DNA from: Phoronis australis | Taxonomy: Eukaryota > Animalia > Phoronida | DNA length: 64,000 bases | Assembly (NCBI GenBank): GCA_002633005.1 | Contig: NMRA01000043.1 | Location: forward strand, 246,857-310,856 | Direction of reading: 5' to 3' | Part shown: one piece after another, positions 1 to 12,554 of the stretch | Layout of the letters: every line of letters starts with the position of its first letter | Position numbering within the stretch: the first letter of the stretch is position 1 | Notes under the pieces: model-generated | The model's database searches: none | The model's input: the letters and a program-made list of their open reading frames with translations, nothing else | What the model was told of the DNA's origin: nothing | Program-made: the position numbers and the translations under genes

Positions 1-1770
1 AACAGAACTAGAGATGAGTCTTGACTAGTATATTGAAGAGGGTAAACATTACATGAGGAGAACAACTCTCAATGAGGAAAAAACACAGCTAATACTACTA
101 ATACTGCTCATAAAACTACTACTACTCCTGAATACAAGGGATATACCATACTCGTCCGGGTTTTGGTCCATGCTCGGCTTACCGCCCACCCCCCGAAAAT
201 TTCCATTTTTCATTTTTAAGCGTCCACGCTCGACTTACTGCCCACCCCCAATTTTTCATGGTCCACATTTCCGTAAAAGTATCTGTGCTTCTGTGAATGT
301 TCGCTTACTTTTCTGGGACAATGGGAACCGGGACCTTGCCTTACTATGGCGGTAAAATACCCGAATTCTCATGGCCTTTACTGAAGGAGACACAATTGTT
401 TAATTTGGCTCACGTGCGGAACTCTTGTCGGCATGTACTGATCACTGACACAGCGCTTGTCGAATGTATTTCATTTGCTTTAAAAGAACTAGCAAAGCAG
501 TACTTGACAGGGATATCACGTCCGTGGCCAACCTTTCTGCGATTCCCCATGACAGTAAACGAAACATGACCACCTTGAGTATTGAAATAAGAAAAAAAAT
601 GGTCCATTGTGACAAGCCAACTTGTGTCGCTATTCATGTCTTGGTTAAACGCATATTTTTAATCACTTTCACTCCTGACACCAAAATGGAAGCGCCCAAC
701 CAAAGGCAAGAGTGCAAAAAATCAGCTTGTCATTAGCGCAAGTCGAACATTCTGTCCACGTTCCACGTGGTCAAAAACTTATTTTTTGAGCTTTTGATTT
801 GCCTGATGACTTTTTACAAGATGTGTTTTTGCTTCATTATTTTGGCAGCTGACTGAGTACCCCTATTGCCTTATGGTATAATGTTCATTCTTGAGCACTT
901 GCTTTGAGCAACAGCGGTTTTGGCTTTGAACTCAAAAAGAAATATACAATGTATATAAAATGTCACATTGTTCAAAGTATTCAATAAGAAGACCTGTCAA
1001 TCATTAGCAGTGCTTGGTTGCCTAAGTGTCCAGCAGGAAGCAAATCTTTACACAATCAAGTGCTTCCCTTAACTAGTAGAGTCTTGTTTGATCCGTCTTC
1101 CTGTCAAAAAACTTGCCCTACTGAACGCACGCCTACCTGTAGGAATACCTTAGTTCTAAGAGATGGATGACCAGCAGCGACCGAGATACATAAAAACCCA
1201 ATCATGTTCAGGATCACGACGCCACTGTATCGGGTGCGCAGGCCGTCAAGTCTGTTACTTCAATCCCCCAACCTGTATTTTAACTGATATTCTTGAAGTC
1301 GAACATCAGTATAGCTCCGTCAGGGTAAAATCTGTCCTCCGTGCAGTCAGCAACAACTCCCAACTTTTCAAAAATTTCAATTTTAACCGCCCATGCTCGG
1401 TTCACTCTCCACCCCGTTTTTTATATTCCCAATTTAAAGGCAAAGGCAACCTTTTTCCATGTCATTTTGAGCTAAAATAAGGTTGGTTGGTTATCCTAGA
1501 CATTTTTCCACTTAATTACAGCTTTTCGTAATTTTATAAATTACTCGTCCGCTACTCCGGAAGTGACGTTTTAGGAGGCAAGCGTTTCCCGCCACTTGGT
1601 TTTGCGTTGACTTTACCATGCGAATCTGTTCTATTCTACTTTTGTTTTGTGCTGTTTTTCAACAATTGTCGCCACCACTTTCCATCGGCGAGTATTCTGC
1701 GGGAAGATATGTTAGTAGAGAACTCAACTACGTTGGATTTAGGGATTGTTTAGTGTGTTATAAGCTGAAA

Positions 1771-2075
1771 ATGGCTGGAGTCGGTGACCCGTATCACAGT
1801 GGCAGTAGTGTGAGTGACGGAGACCTTGTTCACAGCAGTGGTGACAAGGAATTTTTTCACAGACATTCAGTGGGTGGGTACATGTTTGAGCCCGAGTATA
1901 ACGAGGCAAAGTACGCACAGGCACAGGCAGCTGTTGGGAGAAACGAGGCGGCTACTGAGGACAGACGTGGTGACACATCTTTGTGCAAATGCACTGTGTG
2001 CGTTGTTATGCCTACCTCAATGGAATGCTTGTGCTGTTCAGAGTTCGACGAGGCCAAGCCACTACTGGACATGGT
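1771..2075 (+). pseudogene. Kolobok accessory KolX-like protein (P2X7 C-terminal/Nanor-like Cys-rich), N-terminal fragment
   Basis: Motifs YMFEPEY and CKCTVCVVMPTSMECLCCSE. Truncated where it meets the opposite-strand transposase fragment (junction approximate). Confidence 0.8.
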
Positions 2076-2861
2076 TAAGTGGACCTCCAGCATACCACGG
2101 ACAGAGGAACAACTGTCCCACTTGCCAGAGTGTCCCGCGACACACTCCCACTGGATGGTGACCTGAGCACCCAAACTGCTTACACCGTGTCGTGTGACTC
2201 CCTCGCCACACACCTGGCACCTTCTAAATAGCTCCAACACTTTAGACAAGTCCACAATAAACTTATCTAAGTTTGGCTCACCGATCTGTTCACTGGACGA
2301 CGAACTGTCCTCTTCACTGGGTGTCGAACTGAGCCTGTAATCACTCCCACTATACTCAATATCGCTGCAGGGCTGCTTAGAGGCTCTGGGCTGGAGAAAA
2401 TAGCACAGGGTGAATCACTACTGGTTCCATGAATTGCACACTCTGAGGTACGTTCGGAGGCACGGGTGACAGTAGATAAAGTGCCTCCACTGGCTCCAGT
2501 CACTACTGGCCACAGCTCGCGAGGCTTCTCGCTTCAAAAACGCACTTCTCGGGGGTGGCGACGGGGCACTGCCGGGAATCAACACAGACGGAATGGCATC
2601 CTTCTTTAGACGTTGTTTCGCAGGGACTTTCATCAGTTCAGCGTACAAATCCCTTTCGTAATCGGACGGCAGAAAGTGCTTGCCACACCGTGACGCGGTA
2701 ATTCTCCACTGCTTTGTACGTTGCGTGGACGGGTAATGCGGCGTTCTTCACACGAAAGAGCCAAGTACGGCGAAGTGTGCAGGAAAGCGATGCAAAGGTA
2801 CTCCCAAAGCGCGCGTGAGCCGATAATTAGTACATCCTGGTACGCAGCAACAGTGTGGCAT
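2060..2861 (-). pseudogene. Kolobok transposase N-terminus (THAP domain + zinc ribbon), frameshifted and truncated
   Basis: ATG at 2861 gives MPHCCCVPGCTN...LHRFP; after frameshifts CGKHF...LKKDAIPSV (THAP), then CQVC...WECVAGHSGKW. The catalytic domain is deleted. Confidence 0.85.
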
Positions 2862-4067
2862 GTTGACGGACTAGTAAATGAAAGCAAACGACGACGGAAC
2901 TCTACACAACCGAGGTAGAACAATGACTGACTCGGCAGCTCTCACAGTCAGACTATATGAAAAGAAATTGGCGCGAAATGCTTGCCTCCTAATTCGTCAC
3001 TTCCGGAGTAGCGGACGAGTAATTTATAAAATTACGAAAAGCTGTAATTAAGTGGAAAATATGTCTAGGATAACCAACCAACCTTATTTTAGCTCAAAAT
3101 GACATGGAAAAAGGTTGCCTTCGCCTTTAAGCGCCCTGGGCTGTAACGTGTACGAGTATGCTATATAGAGACTTAGAGAAACAGGAATTAACCAATCAAA
3201 TAAGACAAACAAATAAAGATGCACTATGCAGACAAATAAACAGTTCTAAGAATAGGATGTATTACTTATCCTCTACTCTTAGAAAGTGGTGATCAACAAC
3301 AACAGAAAGTTATATAATACATAATACTAAATGATGCAAAAACACATTCTGCGACATCCTCCTCCCCCCATGCAATAGTTGAGGAATTAAAAACAAGTAG
3401 TACTCAAATAAATGTACAATGAACAAAGCTAGAATTAAAATGAGTAATATAATAAGAAATAGGTGCAATAAACATGTGAAAAAGTGGACATATGAAAAAC
3501 GAAATAATGTATTTGAATCAATCATTTGTCCAATGTCGTATATTCTGACGAGCCTGGAGAGTTGCCGGTCATTGTGGTCATGGAGGATGCAGTGTTGAGG
3601 CCGAATTAGGTGGGGTATTCGTAGTGTCGACGAATGGCTGATTCGGAATGGAGTTGACACTTATCTTGAGCGGGTAAAGCTTTAAGTCACGGGACGCTTT
3701 TTTCTGGATGACTGAGAATGAATATCGGCAGAGCGAATGAACCGTTCATGCCTGTAATTGAGGCGCTCTACTCGAGCCATTTTCAATAGAACACGCGGCT
3801 TGTCGTCGTGAACCAATACAACGTCGCCGATGTTGATGGGTGAAGTTTGATTATGTCAGGTTACAAGTTGTTGTCGTTCACGAAGCAGTTAAATACTCGT
3901 GCTGCCAGCGGCAAAAGAAATGACTCATGAGTGCAGATCACCTTGTATACTGCAATTGTACCATAGTCGCGTCGAAATTGGGGGTCAGAGAGTCTGTCAG
4001 TTTGAATGTCAAAATGTGGGGTACAGGGAAAAATGCAGTTCGACTGTGTACGAGGTGGTTCGTAGGA

Positions 4068-4180
4068 ACAGAATAATAGATGAGTCTTGACTAGTATATT
4101 GAACACTGCAAACATTACACGAGGAGAACAACTCTCAATGCGGAACAACCACAGCTAATACTACTAATACTGCTCATAAC

Positions 4181-4255
<75 letters not shown>

Positions 4256-4485
4256 ACTCCTGAATACAAGTGAAAGTGACATATATATAGAGACTAGAGA
4301 AACACCAAGTTACCATCAAATAAGACGAAAAAATTAAGATGCACTTAATCCTGACAAACAAACAGTTCTAGGAATAGCAAGTATTACCCATCCTCTACTC
4401 TAAGGAAGTGGTGATCAACAACAACAGAAAGTTGTGTAATTCGTAATACTAAATGATGCAAAAACACAATAACACATTCTACGAC
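4068..4485 (+). repeat. Diverged direct duplicate of 1-143 + 3162-3355, containing (CTG)23 at 4185-4253
   Basis: Shared blocks gatgagtcttgactagtatattgaa, ctactcctgaatacaag and gtggtgatcaacaacaacagaaagtt. The other copy has a short (CTA)n at the microsatellite position. Confidence 0.85.
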
Positions 4486-4604
4486 AGATAGGGCAAAGTA
4501 TTATTTTGATGTTACATTATTGCACGATGAATGCTTTCAGTCATCCAGTTGGGTCATAGTATAAGAATCAATAAATCTATTACTGGACTTACGGTACGTG
4601 GAGA

Positions 4605-4646
4605 TGGCTACGTTGCGTCCTCCTCTCGAGGACTTCTTCAGGCCAC
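4605..4646 (-). ncRNA. Minimal type I hammerhead ribozyme-like motif (variant core GCAA)
   Basis: Minus strand reads tggc-CTGAAGA-agtcct-cgagagg-aggac-GCAA-cg-TA-gcca: stem I, stem II and a palindromic ACGT in place of stem III. Confidence 0.65.
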
Positions 4647-5096
4647 TGAGTTGTCACGTGACTTGTCATGTGATCCGTCGTACAGTTTTCGCGAGATTCT
4701 CTTCAGTGCCCTATCCCATGTCCTAGGTAAGTGAAACCGCAGCCCCCCCGTCTATTGAGGCTAGGATTCTCAATTCTCTCGTAGATAGCTTCTTTGACCC
4801 CTCTCCGAAACCAGTTTTCTTCTCTATCCAGGATCTTCATATCTTCCATGGCGAAAGAGTCACATGGCTTCCACAGACCACTCTTTCGCCATGGAAGATG
4901 TGAAGATCCTGGATAGAGAAGAAAATTGGTTTCGGAGAGGGGTCAAAGGAGCTATCTACGAGAGAATTGAGACTCCTAGCCTCAATAGACAAGGGGGGGG
5001 CTGCAGTTTCACTTACCTAGGACATGGGATAGGGCGCTGAAGAGAATCCCTTGGAAACTGTACGAAAGATCACATGGCAAGTCACGTGACAACTCA

Positions 5097-5136
5097 GTGG
5101 CCTGATGAAGTCCTCGAGAGGATGCAACGTAGCCAT
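5097..5136 (+). ncRNA. Minimal hammerhead ribozyme-like motif (variant core GCAA), second pLTR arm
   Basis: tggc-CTGATGA(5102-5108)-agtcctcgagaggat-GCAA-cg-TA-gcca. Confidence 0.6.
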
Positions 5137-6540
5137 CTCCACGTACCGTAAGTCCAGTAATAGATTTATTGATTCTTATATTACATTATTGCATTTGTTG
5201 TGAAAAAATGAGAAAATAAAACTTCACCTGCCGAACATAATCTAAATTGGTGAGATTTTCTCGTATGAATAGCAAAATGTATGGTTCCTAAACTTTCTGA
5301 GGACTCTGGCTTAAGTGAAATTAGTCAATGAATAGGTAGCAAGAACTACATCTTATTACTTCACTTGATCATCTACTTTTTCTTATGAAGGTCAAGTTTT
5401 ATAGGAAATGATGTATTTTGTATGAAATTAGAAAGCGGATTTCCGAACTGCATGAGTTTAATTTGCCTGAAGTGGTGCAGTTCTCTGTTCGTTGACACAA
5501 CATATTTTTAGCCGATGATTAGAGTTTGGCATAAATATACCTGTCGTGGTTCAGGATGTAATAAAGCTTTCATTAGAAATCGGATGCAATTGTTCATCAA
5601 ATTCTTGTTAACTAGTTTCAGGATTGACGTAGGCTGCCTGCTGTGCAATACAAGATAAATAGGTCAATAGGACAACAATTAGTTTTCTTATCAAAGGAGT
5701 TAAACAAACAAATGTAAACAAAAGTATAAAAAGTTCTTTGCTGCTAATCATCCATTGGAGGAATTCTGTCAATCATACAGCAGTTCTGTCAATCACACAA
5801 CTTGATTTGGGCTCTACATTCTAGTTGGGTAAGCCCTGAGGACAATTATCAAGTACACCTAATGTATAAAAACATTTGTTGAAAAATGTAGATTGGTTAG
5901 CATAGGATGTGATCAATTACTTTATTGAGCATTTTTATGTAGCCAACCACTGGTGGGATGTTACCAGTTTCAATTAAATCTGTAATCATGTGATTTGTCA
6001 ACTGGTATGTTACTAGGCACTAACATTGTTATAGTTTTGTTTGGAATCAGGTGTTGAAATCAAGGAAAATTTGATTATATGTTGAAGTCATTTTCATTTA
6101 TAGGATTTGTTTTTTTGTAAAGCTGCCACATTCAGTGGTCGTACTATAATTAGGAACTGATAATTTGCTTTGACAAGTTCATGAGCTGGTGATCGACTGT
6201 GCAAGTCTATTCTAATGTTTGGTCTTCATTTCCCACAATTACAAACATTGTCAAAAGGTAGATATGACATGTACCTTTTAAATTGTGTAGCTTATATTTG
6301 ACGATGCTTATCTTTCATTAAAAAACGAAAACAAAATTTCACTTGTCGGCCATATTGTGTCCTAAGTTAGTGGGGTTTTACGGTAGGTAGTTAGATATTT
6401 TTAATCCTTAGATCTGTGGTTACCCTTCTTTTACCTGGGAAGGTAAAGCCATGTTCATTCATTCATTGTACTGGATTTAATAAAATGTCGATGGGAGGTC
6501 CAAGCATAATTGAATTGTATCTCAGCTATCCACTGAATTA

Positions 6541-8964
6541 CCGTAATCGTTCGGGTTAACGCCCTGGGCGGTTAAATTGGCGAATCCAAAAAATCGGGGG
6601 AGGGCGGTTAACAGAGCAGTGGGCGGTTAAATCGAAAATCCACCTAAAGTAGGGGATGGGCGGTTAACCGAACATGGGCGCTTATTACGACAGACAACAG
6701 CCCTGGGCGGTTAATCTTACCTGGCGATCTAAATCCCCACACGACAATCATACTCAGAACGCGTAGCCCTTTTCAAAGAGCTTTATCGTCACGTCACCAA
6801 ATGACTGTGAAAACTTCATAACAGCGGATGATCCCTACAAAGGTTCTCTTGCCCTCAGATTAGTCATTCACTATTAAATTTACAAAATTGCTGAGTAATA
6901 GCCCCGTGCCGTCCTGCGGTGCGCAGACGACCAGTGACCTCGCAGCCTCCACTAGAATTAAAACGTTTCAAGATGTGACCTTGCTTAAGTGCGCGCGTGC
7001 AAGCTTCACGTGTTGCAGAGGTCAGACATCAAATTTATGGTTACAGTCTCGTACTATATGTAGCTGTCAAGTTCCGACTCAGAGAGCAGTTTTAAAATTG
7101 GTTGTAATAAAAGTTTGAAAAACTTAACTCTGTTGTTTTTTTGTGTTTGGGATGTTATAGTCGACATTCCGTGACTCAAAGACATTTTCACCGTATGCTT
7201 CTGCGGCTAGCTGTCTTATCTCGACAGCCCGGCATTGCTCTCTTGCCGTTGCGCCAAACATGCTATGCAAAGAAGTAAGACAAGGATCGGGGGTGGTCGA
7301 GCCAGTCGTCGATCAAGAATAAAATTTCAAGCAACTGCATAAATATGTTACAAAATGTCAGAAAACAGCAATGTTTCAATTCATTATTCTAAACGATCAC
7401 CTTACCAAACTTCGTGGTGGAAAAACATTTATTTTTCATGCAAGATGTCCAGATTATCCTATTTATATCACTTGTAATATCGCACTGCGGCACTGTTCGG
7501 TCCCGCTGTTATCGCGCAATGTCTCAGTCGGCTGACAATCGTGACTTGGAAATGCCGTCAAGTAATATAACGGCCTCTTTCAATATGCATCTCGTTTTTT
7601 ATGGCCAAAGATAGTGGCGGTATTCAGCACGCACGTAGGGCCTACGTGTGAGTCACCTGTCAATCACATGTTGGTGTCAAGGTAACATGCACTCCAAAGT
7701 GTGGGAACTTGCGCACGTGCACCACTACAAATCAGTCACACATAGCGACAATCCGACGAAGTAACAAAAACGGGCGTGACTATGTACTTTTAAGCTGTTG
7801 TTACGAAAGACCCAGTTCTTTACGATATTCCTCCGTTGCCAATGTTCCCCAAAACTGCGATGTCAAGTCTATTCCCATATTTCCCGGCTCGATGCTCCCT
7901 AAGCCCATCCCTGTAACTAGCTGCGTGAATCTCCTACCCACTATCGTCAAGCAGTCTACGTCGTAGATATTTCAGACTCGAATGGTAAGAATTTTTGTTC
8001 AGGCTGAAAATGGCCAATGTATGAACAAAATTATTCTGGATGGCTAAAAAGGGGATGTGGAAACGATAATTCACACAGTCACGCTTACGTGGGGGCTGAC
8101 GCAAGAAATAGTAAAGAACAGCCAGCGACTTTTCTTAAATCTGCTAACCAGTTTGACTGAGATGCAATAAACGAAAAACAAAATTTGACCAGCCGTTTTT
8201 TTATTACTTCAAGATCATACACAAACATACATTATTGCCAACGTTTGAATTCAGAAATCGACAGGCAGCAACGAAATTGGTAACCCAGTAAGGCACTTGT
8301 ACTGTCCCTTCGGTCGCCCCACCTCCTCTATAACCCGGCAGTTATATTCATCAAAATATTGAGAATTTGACATCTTTCCGTGAGTTGTGAGATTTGTTCA
8401 AAATACGAGAGCTTCCCACCTTAATAGAATTTGGAGGGTTGGCAAAACCATTGTCACATTTCTCTGGCCTGATTTTTTCGAATATATGTTTTATCTAGTG
8501 CTCTGCAGACGGAAACTCAGCGCGGCAGACAAAGTCGCTGAAAGTGGAGCTTTTGACGCCGGTGGCGTTCTTAAACTTTGCAAACAAGGGAAGAAAATAA
8601 AGTGACGAAAAGGTTCAAGTATTATATTTTGAAGTGAGTTCATGACCCAAGACAATAACTCGTTACCTGTATTGTAATTCAGATTGCTAAACCACCGTCT
8701 CGGAGTCCCGGCGTCGTTGCACTCATTGTGATCGTCGATCTTTTTCTAAAAGTTGCGGAATCGCGCGTTTCGTTAGCACTAGGCGCTAAATCTTCATTCT
8801 TTAAGTCGGGGATGGGCGCTTAACCGAGAGGTGGGCGCTTAACTGGAAATCTTCAAAAATCGCAGGGGGCGCTCAACCGAGCAGTGGGCGGTTAAATCGA
8901 AAATCCAATTAAAGTCGGGGATGGGCGGTTAACTGAGCATGGGCGTTAACCCGAACGATTACGG
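6541..8964 (+). mobile_element. Non-autonomous Tc1/mariner (pogo-like) element
   Basis: TA TSD at 6539-6540 and 8965-8966. Perfect TIR ccgtaatcgttcgggttaacgccc. Subterminal repeated gggcggttaa motifs at both ends. No transposase ORF recognised. Confidence 0.9.
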
Positions 8965-10502
8965 TAAGTTGCTATGGAGTTTGATTTTGAAAAAAATGTT
9001 TAACAAAATTCAATTTCTGATTTAGTAAGACAGTCATGGTGGGATTGTCATTATTAAGAGTTTAATACATAGTTAATTTTAACTGTTAATAGTTTATGGA
9101 AATGAAGCGGACAAGGTATCCAAGTTGCCCAATGACAACTGTGGCATACTGCAGAACCATGGAATAAATACTGAACAGAGTGATCTTTTGTTCATTTGGG
9201 TGATTGAGACTTTTTGTTGGCCTAAGCAACAATTTTTGAAACAAGGAAATACTGTCTCAAATGATTGGTTATTACTTATCTTTTATTGCCATCTTGTGTT
9301 GCAGCAAGAACATTGAACTAAAAGCAATTCAAAGACTGTTTTGCAGAGAATAAAAAAATGATTGACTTCGATTTCCAAAGGTCGGCCATTTTTAGTGGTG
9401 TCGGACCAGCAATGTGCATACACATATCCATCTTGGCTGAAGTTCTGAGATCCACATGGTGTAGTTCATTGTAAACTGGTTAAGACTTTTCTAGTCGTTA
9501 TTCCCCACTGCTATGATAAAATTGGTTATGAAATCAAAAATATTTGGCCAGCGAGACCAATCACTGCCGAGTCAAAAAGCGGGGGAAGTCATTGTGAGAA
9601 AGTGGGCGATGCAGCAGTTTCTCGTCTCTACAAAAATCGTAGATGAATACATCCAATGTTGTCTGCAGTTGTTTCGAAAAAAATTTTGTCTTGCAGCGGA
9701 AAAATGTTGTGAAAGTGTATATCGCCACATTCTGCATGTTTCGATGTACATAATAGCTAGAAAAATACCAGAAACATCGTGAAAATAGGAACCACAGATG
9801 TGATGCTAATTTTGCTACAAAACTAATCAACGGGCGTTATTAAGCAGTGTGCAAGGCTTTGCCACCAATGGGCATTGTTGTGGAAACCAAACCGAGAAAT
9901 TTTAATGGCCAATGCAGCTTACGACCACAATCAAGGGCAAAAATTCTTTTTGCAGTTAACGGTAATAGTGAATTTTGCTTGAACTCGGCCAGTGTGATGG
10001 GGAACTCGCCTGTGGTCAGTCCAAGTTGCTTGACCGAGAGCTATGGATCATTTTGTCGGACTGGTTTTAACATGTACCGTACTGTAGTTGCTTAGAAACG
10101 TTGGAAAAGGATTTTGAGACCAGAGTGTAGGCTGATTATTGAGAGCTTGACGAGCATTTAGTGAATTAAAGACATTATTTTGCAGGTTTTCTGCGCTGGA
10201 GTCACAAAAGTTTGATAATGCAGCATGTAAATTGTAATGCTGGAATGGGTCAATGAAAATGATTGGAAGAGTTGTATGTCAAACTGTTGCCAATTAGATA
10301 TTTTTGTTGCTTGTGATTTAATAATGTAGTTCAATTTGTAACTCCCCTCAGCTAAAGTGCAGTTTTAATCTTGACTGAAACTGAATGAAGCCCCAATGAC
10401 GGTACATGTTGTGCTGTTTTTTAATACCATTTTAACACCCTGTTAAGCTGTCTAACAGATGAAAATGAATTGGGCCTTCTACTCCCATAAATTTGGTCTT
10501 AT

Positions 10503-10735
10503 AGTATTCCTTACCATGATAGTATTCCTTACCGTGATGGTATTTCTTACCGTGATGGTATTCCTTACCGTGATGGTACTCCTTACCTTGATGGTACTCC
10601 TTACCGTGATGGTACTCCTTACCGTGATAATACTCCTTGCCGTGATGGTACTCCTTACCGTGATGGTACTCCTTACCGTGATGGTACTCCTTACCGTGAT
10701 GGTACTCCTTACCGTGATGGTACTCCTTACCATGA
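10503..10735. repeat. 18-bp minisatellite (ccttaccgtgatggtact), ~13 copies
   Basis: Directly visible tandem units; explains the overlapping repetitive ORFs in the track. Confidence 0.95.
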
Positions 10736-11837
10736 TAGGATTCTACTTTGAACATCAAAACATTCAGTGACTCAAGAAATTGCTTCAGATTATAATGAAC
10801 TCAGCCAACTGAACCAAAACAATTGCAAATTCGAACATGTTGGAGTACGCACAACGTGTGGCATCGAAAACATCGATGACTCAAGAAAATGGATCAGTTT
10901 GTTGAGGTAAGCCAACCCTAAAATTGCTAATTCGAAGCTAGCGCAATACTTGTAATGTGTGACTTGAGTTGGTAACGGAAATTGGCGTCTTTCATGGTAA
11001 AGAATAGTACGAGGCTTCTTTTGTGAGAGAGAAAGGCCATATTCAATTTTGCTTCTGTAGCCAGGTGGAAATACAGCCTTCAGTCATACTGTCCCATTGA
11101 TTGACTGGTTGTTCACTGGAAAATGTGGGAAACTCGCTCATCATGATTTATGGGTGTGAGTGTTGATTTTTGAGGCTTAGGTTACCTTGGTATTCTTGTT
11201 GTGATGTAAATGTGCTTTGAAATTGGAACAATGAAAGCTAATGCAAGTGTAATTGCAAATGGGAAAACCTGCATTGCATTAGCAACATGAGCAAATGAGT
11301 GAGCCAACAAAATACAATTATATAATTTCTACCCACTACACCCTAACCAATATTGAATTAAGTGTCTAGAAAAGTAATTATTGCTCTAACTGACCTTATT
11401 AGTTCTCCAATAATGAAATAGTTGGGGTTCACTTTGTCTTATTCTTCATAACTAAAGGCCCTTTCATATTGACTTAACTCCGGTCTGAGCGGAGCGTCAA
11501 CGTAAACAGCACAGTTAACTGGACCGTTCATACTGTCTTCAGTAGTTAATGAACATCAAAGTAAATGGTTGGTGACGCTGTTGTCATCGAAGTTATCGCA
11601 AGGTAGCGCTGCACGCTAAGATTTTTTCAATGAGACAATTTGAGAACCTTTACATGTGCTAAATGACATTAAACTTATTTTTAAATGGATTAGTAGAGCA
11701 AAACATGAGCAGCTATTAGTGACGACGTTACCCTATAACTCTTGACGATAACAGTGGCACCTAGCGATAACTTCGATTGGACTGAAGTTAAGCGTTCATA
11801 CTGCACCGCAGCGTCGATTCTTAACATTTGGATCAAG

Positions 11838-11913
11838 TCCACAGTCTAGTGCTATATGCCGGAAACACATTCATATCCACAGTCTAGTGCTATATGCCTG
11901 AAACACATTCATA
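11838..11913. repeat. ~38-bp tandem duplication
   Basis: tccacagtctagtgctatatgcc(g/t)gaaacacattcata x2. Confidence 0.9.
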
Positions 11914-12074
11914 TTCGTTATTTGTCTGAAATTAAAAACCGGACGATTGCCACACAAATGAAAAAGTTCATGTTCACTCTATAAAAACAATTACTACGGT
12001 TTTAAATCGACATGTTTCTGTGTCTGTGTTTCATCACTTGTTGCTGGACCTAGCTGGGTGGCCATTATATACTC

Positions 12075-12121
12075 TCTTCTGATGATGGTGTTTGAATAAA
12101 TGACTCCGAAACATGTCAAGT
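12075..12121 (+). ncRNA. Minimal type I hammerhead ribozyme (Penelope-type)
   Basis: ctt-CTGATGA(12079-12085)-imperfect stem II-GAAA(12108-12111)-catg-TC-aag, with palindromic ACATGT in place of stem III. Lies in an inverted repeat ~11983-12146 whose left arm carries a decayed copy. Confidence 0.7.
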
Positions 12122-12441
12122 CGATTTAAAACTGTAGTTGTTTTTAATAATATATGCTGCTACTTGCTATCATGGAGATCATGTTCAATCAACATTTCGT
12201 CTATTCATTAGACATCATCTGGATCATATTTACAAAGGACAGCAAGTCCGACACACAGCTGAGGTAACATCCATAAAGTGAAGTGAGAGATACAGGGAAT
12301 ATAGTCACCATAGTTATCTGAAATTTCATCTGATTTAATGGAATGTCTTTAATTATTTTCTGTTGACATAGACTCGTGAACGTGAACTTTGTGCCAGAGG
12401 TACTGGACGATTAATGCAATTGTCTGTTTTTGTCTTCGCAG

Positions 12442-12554
12442 GAAAATATGTTGGCAACCGTCCAATCAAGCTCAGGAAGAGTACCTGGAAGGACCGAAAT
12501 GCTGACATTGTCAAGAAAAAGGAAAAGGAGAAAAAACGATTGGGTTTCAAATAA
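12442..12554 (+). CDS. RBM42: RNA-binding protein 42, last coding exon
   Basis: Acceptor tgtcttcgcag at 12431-12441. Phase-1 exon encodes GKYVGNRPIKLRKSTWKDRNADIVKKKEKEKKRLGFK*, matching the conserved RBM42 C-terminus after the RRM. Upstream exons not found in the window. Confidence 0.92.

Larger units (their letters stand above)
1438..3126. mobile_element. Internally deleted Kolobok DNA transposon
   Basis: TTAA TSD at 1434-1437 and 3127-3130, AGG...CCT termini, ~157-bp near-perfect TIRs, and convergent THAP-transposase and KolX-like ORF fragments. Confidence 0.9.
146..3161 (-). mobile_element. Old non-autonomous Tc1/mariner (pogo-like) element, interrupted by a Kolobok insertion
   Basis: TA flanks at 144-145 and 3162-3163. 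Degenerate TIRs ccatactcgtccggg / cgtgtacgagtatgc. Both ends align with the ends of the younger element at 6541-8964 (e.g. ccatgctcggcttaccgcccacccccg vs ccatgctcagttaaccgcccatccccg). The empty site is visible in the duplicate at 4068-4485. Confidence 0.75.
4560..5180. mobile_element. Penelope-like element 3' ends (pLTRs) in inverted arrangement, forming a ~620-bp palindrome
   Basis: Arms 4560-4860 and 4880-5180 with a 19-bp spacer. Arms translate to a GIY-YIG C-terminus HSFAMEDVKILDREENWFRRGVK(E/G)AIYERIETPSLNR. 13-bp flanking duplication ttacattattgca at 4512-4524 and 5181-5193. Confidence 0.9.

Noticed and set aside
10432-10770. His-rich (EYHHGK)n and hydrophobic (VMVLLT)n ORFs
   Set aside because: Several frames are open only because the 18-bp repeat lacks stops. 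No splice or expression evidence, and it probably lies in an intron.
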